Positions 58,831-64,000 of a stretch of DNA of 64,000 nt are shown piece by piece. The stretch lies in IMG/VR virus record IMGVR_UViG_3300024229_000651; one strand, 5' to 3'. The position numbers and the translations under genes are program-made. Within the stretch, counting starts at the first letter, position 1; the number at the start of each line of letters is the position of its first letter. The notes beneath the pieces were generated by a model. It made no database searches. It had not been told where the DNA came from and saw only the letters and a program-made list of their open reading frames with translations. Source of the DNA: a virus (taxonomy: Duplodnaviria; Caudoviricetes).

Positions 58831-59508
58831 TTAAATTTCCTTATTTTTAAACTCTTCTGCAAGTGGGAATATCTTTGCAATAACATCTGCTACAACATGG
58901 GCAATATCCATATGCTCTTGTTGTGTACCATTGGCCCCACGTAACTCAATGTAATGAATCCAACTACGCAACGTACCGTTAACGTACAGCCTGCTTAACG
59001 TGTTTCCTTCCGGTAGTACTGCTCTTGCCTGCTCTTTAGCAATACCGTTGCTTACAGCCCACGTATAAGCGTCTGTGGCGGCTTTTATCACTTCCCGTTG
59101 GCGTTTATGCCATTCGATTTCTAAGCCGTCATTGTCTGATTTAATGCTGTTCTGTCTATTCTTAGGATCTTGTAATCGTGCTTCACGAGTCATAAAGTCT
59201 AAGTCCTGTGTTGGGTCAGCATAACGTTGACTAAACTCCTGGAAACTAAAACTTCTATGACGTAGCAATTGTCTTGCTATGTCTCTGGTTGTTTCTACTT
59301 CCAAACAAACGCTCACCATTTCAAGTGGGGACCAGTGCTTGTGTTTCATCAAATACTTTACAAGTTTTTCATTTGTTAGTTTATTGTTTTGATTATCTGG
59401 ATTACTTACTCTTGCACAGTATGCAACTAAATCTAATGCTGAATCACTGTGATCCGGCGCTTGACTATGACTGATTAATTTTACTTTCATATATTTGCAT
59501 CCTTGCAT
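58831..59508 (-). CDS. thyX: FAD-dependent thymidylate synthase
   Basis: HWSPLE, RQLLRHRSFSFQEFSQRY, ARAVLP, QQEH. Confidence 0.96.
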   Translation of the reverse strand: MQGCKYMKVKLISHSQAPDHSDSALDLVAYCARVSNPDNQNNKLTNEKLVKYLMKHKHWSPLEMVSVCLEVETTRDIARQLLRHRSFSFQEFSQRYADPTQDLDFMTREARLQDPKNRQNSIKSDNDGLEIEWHKRQREVIKAATDAYTWAVSNGIAKEQARAVLPEGNTLSRLYVNGTLRSWIHYIELRGANGTQQEHMDIAHVVADVIAKIFPLAEEFKNKEI

Positions 59509-60155
59509 GCTTGTTTAATTGTTTCGACTTCCGCCTTGTTGGTTTTAAAGACTTTCATCCAAAAAGGAGGATCGATCAGTTCTTTAATCATTTCAACTTG
59601 CTCCGAAGACAGTCTTGTTAAAAGTTGATCTCCTGTGTTACACAGGTATAATACCCAAGGGCTAATTTTTGCAGCTCGGATATCATATACAGCTCTAGGC
59701 GAGGAAACTGTAGCAAAATAATCTTGCCAACTGTAGTCGCTTTCCTTGCTCCATTCTGCAAGATATATAATTGTGCGTTCTAGTGCTTTTAGTCCGGGTT
59801 CTTTTTTTAAGAACTCCCTCAAATATGTTTCATATTGTTTGTCGCTGGGCCAATCTTTTAATTTAATGCCGTTCTTTATAAGCCACTCTGTGTAAAGTTC
59901 TGGACTCATCCATTCATTTAATTTGCAAGCTCTTCCGAATTTGACAAACGCCTCATAGTACTGACTTTGTATAAAGTCTTCCATACTTTTAGGCTTAGTT
60001 GCAGATGTATTCATCTCATAAAACATTTGAAAGGCCCTATGGCCCAAGCGTACATGGCTCAAATCTTTATCGGACCAGCGTCTTTTTTTAACACACATAT
60101 GTGCACTTAGAGTACGCTCGGTAGTAAAGGACTTTTTACACCACTTGCATTCCAT
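59487..60155 (-). CDS. Hypothetical protein with N-terminal Zn finger
   Basis: CKWCKKSF...AHMC. Confidence 0.7.
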   Translation of the reverse strand: MECKWCKKSFTTERTLSAHMCVKKRRWSDKDLSHVRLGHRAFQMFYEMNTSATKPKSMEDFIQSQYYEAFVKFGRACKLNEWMSPELYTEWLIKNGIKLKDWPSDKQYETYLREFLKKEPGLKALERTIIYLAEWSKESDYSWQDYFATVSSPRAVYDIRAAKISPWVLYLCNTGDQLLTRLSSEQVEMIKELIDPPFWMKVFKTNKAEVETIKQACKDANI

Positions 60156-60619
60156 TACTTGAACACTTCCTTTATTTCTTTATTAGACATACCTGCAGAC
60201 ATAGCAAGGTCTTTTAGTTCTTCGTCTGTATTAATCGACAGTAACAAATCGACTTCGTCCTGTTTGAGGTGCGGTAGCAGATCTGCTATAAATTGAGAAC
60301 GCTTGTTCTTTTTACGCTTGCTATTGGGAGGCTTAATATAAGGATGATTCTGCACTTTACCGATTCCGGCGGCTGTAAATAATAGCCACTGTAATTCGGG
60401 ATGTTTGCTAACATCACTAAACTTGTGATTTACAAGCTCGTTAACCATCCACAAATAGTCAGGTGCACATGCACCTTGTACACTACTTGCATACCTCATC
60501 ATCATCCATGCGCTGAATGCTTTTTTCTTTTCATCAGTTAACTTATTATACCATCCTCTGTCTTTTTTGTCAATTGCTTTCATGACTTCTGATAAAGGTA
60601 TTTGGGGTGCTTTAGCCAT
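60155..60619 (-). CDS. Clamp loader small subunit (T4 gp62-like)
   Basis: VMKAIDKKDRGWY...FSAWMMMRYAS...HPELQW pattern; replication-gene context. Confidence 0.55.
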   Translation of the reverse strand: MAKAPQIPLSEVMKAIDKKDRGWYNKLTDEKKKAFSAWMMMRYASSVQGACAPDYLWMVNELVNHKFSDVSKHPELQWLLFTAAGIGKVQNHPYIKPPNSKRKKNKRSQFIADLLPHLKQDEVDLLLSINTDEELKDLAMSAGMSNKEIKEVFK

Positions 60620-61139
60620 TAATAATGCCTATGTAATGTGATTCGCCGTTGCTTACAGACTCTACCCAATCAACATCACTGTTCTCATTAGCAGAGTCGC
60701 TAACATACTTATAACAACGGAACTCGACACCTGCTGATTTACAGGCTTTTGCAATTGCGTATGCTTCCATTTCTACTACATCTGCTGGAAGTTCTAAGTT
60801 AGAATCCATTACAAAATCATCTCCGGTGCTACAAGTATACCCTTCACCCAAACTGATCAGATTAGGCTCTGGGGCAACTACAGCATCTAGTGTTTCAGGA
60901 CATCGATCCCTGTCACGCTCTACAAAGTTTTTTATTTCATATAATCCAGTACCCAAAGTAATACCTCCGCAAGTACCAAAATTCCAAACACGTTTCGGCT
61001 TATACCGCTCAATTAGTGTTGCCGCGGTGATAGCGGCATTAACTTTGCCTACTCCAGTAAAAAATACACTGGGCCATGTTGCCATCTCTGGCGCTTCTGC
61101 TTCTAATGCAATTAAAATTATATCATTCATCATCGTACT
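60612..61139 (-). CDS. mtnN: 5'-methylthioadenosine/S-adenosylhomocysteine nucleosidase
   Basis: TGVGKVNAA, NFGTCGG, STGDDFV, VEMEAYAIA, VSDSA. Confidence 0.85.
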   Translation of the reverse strand, partial: STMMNDIILIALEAEAPEMATWPSVFFTGVGKVNAAITAATLIERYKPKRVWNFGTCGGITLGTGLYEIKNFVERDRDRCPETLDAVVAPEPNLISLGEGYTCSTGDDFVMDSNLELPADVVEMEAYAIAKACKSAGVEFRCYKYVSDSANENSDVDWVESVSNGESHYIGIING

Positions 61140-61683
61140 CCAGTAGCGAAACACACTTGTATCCGCTATCTACAATTTTAGTAGAGCCGCCTAATACAGG
61201 AAGATCAATAACAGACAAAATCATTATATCCTGCTTAGGTATGCGCCACTCTTCGTGTATTAAACTTGCACATGCTATAGCTGTGCCGCCGGTGGCAATT
61301 AAGTCATCAACAACAAGTACTTTGCCGTGTATAGGAGACATTTCCTGTATGTGTAACTCTGCAGAACCGTATTCCAACTCGTACGATTTGTTAACGGTAT
61401 TATTTGGCAGCTTGCCCGGCTTTCGTGCCATTACAAAAGGAATAGTCAGTTTATTTGCTAACGGTGCACCGAATACAAACCCTCTGCTTTCAATACCCAC
61501 AACACAGTTAGCAGAAAACTGTCTTGCAACTTCTTCTAACGCATGTAATGTTAAAGAAAATCCAGTTGGGTGTTCTAACAGACTAGTTATATCTTTAAAT
61601 TGTATACCGGGTATCGGGAAATCTGGTACTGTTCGAATATATTGATCGAGATAATTATGGTTATAGGTCATCAAAATATCCAT
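61123..61683 (-). CDS. apt: Adenine phosphoribosyltransferase
   Basis: PDFPIPGIQFKDI, GIESRGF, RKPGKLP, LEYG, VVDDLIATGGT. Confidence 0.95.
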   Translation of the reverse strand: MDILMTYNHNYLDQYIRTVPDFPIPGIQFKDITSLLEHPTGFSLTLHALEEVARQFSANCVVGIESRGFVFGAPLANKLTIPFVMARKPGKLPNNTVNKSYELEYGSAELHIQEMSPIHGKVLVVDDLIATGGTAIACASLIHEEWRIPKQDIMILSVIDLPVLGGSTKIVDSGYKCVSLLEYDDE

Positions 61684-62407
61684 TCTCTTCTAAATATTCT
61701 TCAGAGTACAGATCATATTTGTCGTGCCATTTTTTATTCATATAGCCGACAGATGCGTAGTAGCCTTTACCAGTTGTGTCTGCGTAATCGAACTCAGCTT
61801 CTAATTCCTCTTTGTTATACCATACACGTTCTACGATGTCTGCAATAGTTGTTTCAACAGAACTAAAACACACCTTATCTGCATCAAAATCTTCACCTTC
61901 GGTTTCTACAAACCAGCAACCGAAGTTCCCCTTCTCTCCACTATGAAACGCTAAGACAGGAATTAAATCATCGTCATCTGTGTCTGGAATTTCAACATTG
62001 TGGTATGCTTCTCTGCTGAAAAGATGATTAGCTTCGAAATTTTGATCATTGTCGTAATCATAATCATCGGATCCGTCTGCAGGAACTTCATACGCTACCC
62101 ACTGACCGTCTGAGTATGCGCCGTTGACGTGTTCAACATCGTCAGTATCGAACCAAGCATTAAAATCCTCATCTATCTCTGGAGCGGCAGTATCTCTGCC
62201 ATCTTCTGTATCCCATTCGTAGCTATTGATATGGTCGATTAAATCGCCCTCGTCAGCCTCTTGGTCTAACCAATAATCCACAAAGTCCGAATTAATTTGA
62301 CCTATGGTTAACTCGCCGCCATATCTTCCTGCTTCGATACGAAAGCGTCTTTTACGACCTCTCAACTTTTCAGTCATTTTATCAATGTCTTCATCTAATG
62401 TGCTCAT
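61661..62407 (-). CDS. Acidic hypothetical protein
   Basis: 248-aa D/E-rich ORF. Confidence 0.7.
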   Translation of the reverse strand: MSTLDEDIDKMTEKLRGRKRRFRIEAGRYGGELTIGQINSDFVDYWLDQEADEGDLIDHINSYEWDTEDGRDTAAPEIDEDFNAWFDTDDVEHVNGAYSDGQWVAYEVPADGSDDYDYDNDQNFEANHLFSREAYHNVEIPDTDDDDLIPVLAFHSGEKGNFGCWFVETEGEDFDADKVCFSSVETTIADIVERVWYNKEELEAEFDYADTTGKGYYASVGYMNKKWHDKYDLYSEEYLEENGYFDDL

Positions 62408-62437
62408 TTGTCTGTCCTCTGTCTCAAGTTTTAAAAG

Positions 62438-62941
62438 TTAATCTAATAAATTAGCAATGTCTAATGTGTTAGGTATCTTGTTAAGTTCTTTAACGAACAA
62501 TGCACAAGGTGGGTTAGGTCCATCACTTAAAGGAACTACTAGCATATGTCCGTTTTTTAATTTAGGAAAAAACCATTTCACATCTTGATAGATATTAGTT
62601 ATCGAAATATCCTTGCACTCTAATCTACGATTGGATAACGGATTGATTGTAGCAGTTAAAAATCCTCTGTTGTTCAAACTAGTAAGAGGAATAACTTCTA
62701 GAGCTGTTAAATCCTCGTCAGTAATTGCTATACTCCAATCCATAGGCATCTGTATATCATGGTCTCCGATACGCAAGCAAACAGCTGGTGCATAGAAACT
62801 TTCTAAAAATATCAATGGTAGGAAGTAGTAGTCCATCCATTCCTTGTCGGACGTATCAAACACACTAAATCGTATGTCGTCTATCTGATCTGGTACTGTG
62901 TCTAGTTCGTAGACTGTGTTTTCAACAGTTAATATCTTCAT
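62438..62941 (-). CDS. Hypothetical protein coupled to uvsW
   Basis: TAATG overlap with the uvsW stop; MKILTVEN. Confidence 0.75.
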   Translation of the reverse strand: MKILTVENTVYELDTVPDQIDDIRFSVFDTSDKEWMDYYFLPLIFLESFYAPAVCLRIGDHDIQMPMDWSIAITDEDLTALEVIPLTSLNNRGFLTATINPLSNRRLECKDISITNIYQDVKWFFPKLKNGHMLVVPLSDGPNPPCALFVKELNKIPNTLDIANLLD

Positions 62942-64000
62942 TAATACTCCAGTTTTGTTATTTTAAACGGAAAGCCCTGTTCTCTATAAAACACTTTACG
63001 TTTTGTTAAATGCCTTTTACTATACTTTAAATTGCTAGTAATGTCAACCACACGCAAGTATTCTTTGTCTTCAGCTTTACGTATGCCCCTACCTATGCTT
63101 TGTATTACCCTTACAAAACTTTTGCCTGGCTCTAAAAGAACTAGATTAAAGATTCTGGGTATGTTAATACCTACTGCCGCTACGCCATATGTAGCAACAA
63201 TTACCTTATTATCCGCTTCACTAATTTCTGCATACTCGTCTTGCCGGTCAGTTGTTTTCATCCTGCCGCTAATAAATGCCCAGTCTGGATTCCTTTCCGC
63301 TAACATTTCTCCCGTTGCAATTCGATCAATCAGCACAAGTGTATTACCAGCGTCAGCTAACTTTGATATAATTCCGGTGAGCACATCTATTCGTGTAGGA
63401 TCTGTGACCAACCACTTCAGCTCCTGTGCATAGTTACCAAAGCCCATAACACCATCTTGTAGCTGGAATATATCAATATCTAACTCTGCTAATACACCTT
63501 TGTCCTGGAGTTCCTTACTACTCAAGTTACCAACTACAGGACCTATAGAGCACACACATCCTATTGCTTCATGCTCATCTTTAGGTATAGTGCCTGTTAG
63601 TCCCCACCTAATAGGAACATTAGCAAATGCGCCGCCTAATAAATTGCGCAATACATCAGCTTTTGCTTTGTGCACCTCATCGACCATAATACATACTACG
63701 CCGGTGAGAAATTGATCTATTGGAAAGTCTGCTTCAAATTTCTTACTTTTCTTATCCATGATACTGAGACTTTGCCACGTACAAATAGTATGCGTTTTGT
63801 CGTATTCCTTTCTGTCCCCGAAAAGTACGCCTACATCGAGCCCCAAGTTCTTGTAATCTTTTTCTGTTTGAACTACAAGATCCTTGTTGGGCACAATAAC
63901 TACACTGCGCCCGTAAGGCTCGCACAAGTTACTTAATGCGGCTGTAATCAATGTCTTGCCTGCGCCAGTAGCAATTTCCTGTATAGATTGCGGGTTTGCT
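62941..64000 (-). CDS. uvsW: UvsW-like SF2 helicase (5' end outside the window)
   Basis: EIATGAGKT read in frame past the ORF-track start; VDEVH, GLTGT, GINIP, QSIGRGIR. Confidence 0.92.
   Translation of the reverse strand, partial: ANPQSIQEIATGAGKTLITAALSNLCEPYGRSVVIVPNKDLVVQTEKDYKNLGLDVGVLFGDRKEYDKTHTICTWQSLSIMDKKSKKFEADFPIDQFLTGVVCIMVDEVHKAKADVLRNLLGGAFANVPIRWGLTGTIPKDEHEAIGCVCSIGPVVGNLSSKELQDKGVLAELDIDIFQLQDGVMGFGNYAQELKWLVTDPTRIDVLTGIISKLADAGNTLVLIDRIATGEMLAERNPDWAFISGRMKTTDRQDEYAEISEADNKVIVATYGVAAVGINIPRIFNLVLLEPGKSFVRVIQSIGRGIRKAEDKEYLRVVDITSNLKYSKRHLTKRKVFYREQGFPFKITKLEY

Noticed and set aside
62438-62941. Free-standing Hint/intein domain next to uvsW
   Set aside because: No Cys/Ser start, TxxH block or terminal HN; cannot be supported without structure prediction

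Overview
This is a 64 kb, AT-rich, densely coding segment of a large T4-like or jumbo myophage, probably from an aquatic proteobacterial host (inference). Nearly all genes read + from 1.2 to 11.3 kb and - thereafter. It encodes replication and nucleotide functions (uvsW partial, gp41/DnaB helicase, primase, clamp-loader small subunit, a 191-aa DnaE-like protein, exonuclease, nrdAB, thyX, MazG-like, apt, MTA/SAH nucleosidase, uvsE), a T4-type lysozyme, a PAAR protein, probable structural genes and one tRNA-Thr(UGU). It also carries many auxiliary enzymes (alternative oxidase, Fe/Mn SOD, Grx4, GH6 cellulase, two desaturases, SDRs) and a ~16 kb tailoring-enzyme cluster (methyltransferases, Fe(II) oxygenases, glycosyltransferases, radical SAM, SGNH). 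The most striking unexplained structure is a dispersed family of about 13-15 ORFs that begin with a T4 capsid-targeting-like leader (M-K/R-[ILF]-x-[DE]-...-[ILV]-x-E) and appear built from modules bounded by prohead-protease-like xxE sites. The inferred cargoes include a SOD, an ArfA-like ribosome-rescue peptide, an amidoligase-domain polyprotein, a KxDG ligase-like protein and several basic two-Cys peptides, which suggests a virion-packaged effector set. A T4-late-type (A)TAAATA promoter marks many genes, and ten of them have the ATG only 5-6 nt downstream (probably leaderless mRNAs). All protein family calls come from motif recognition by eye; no database searches were run.
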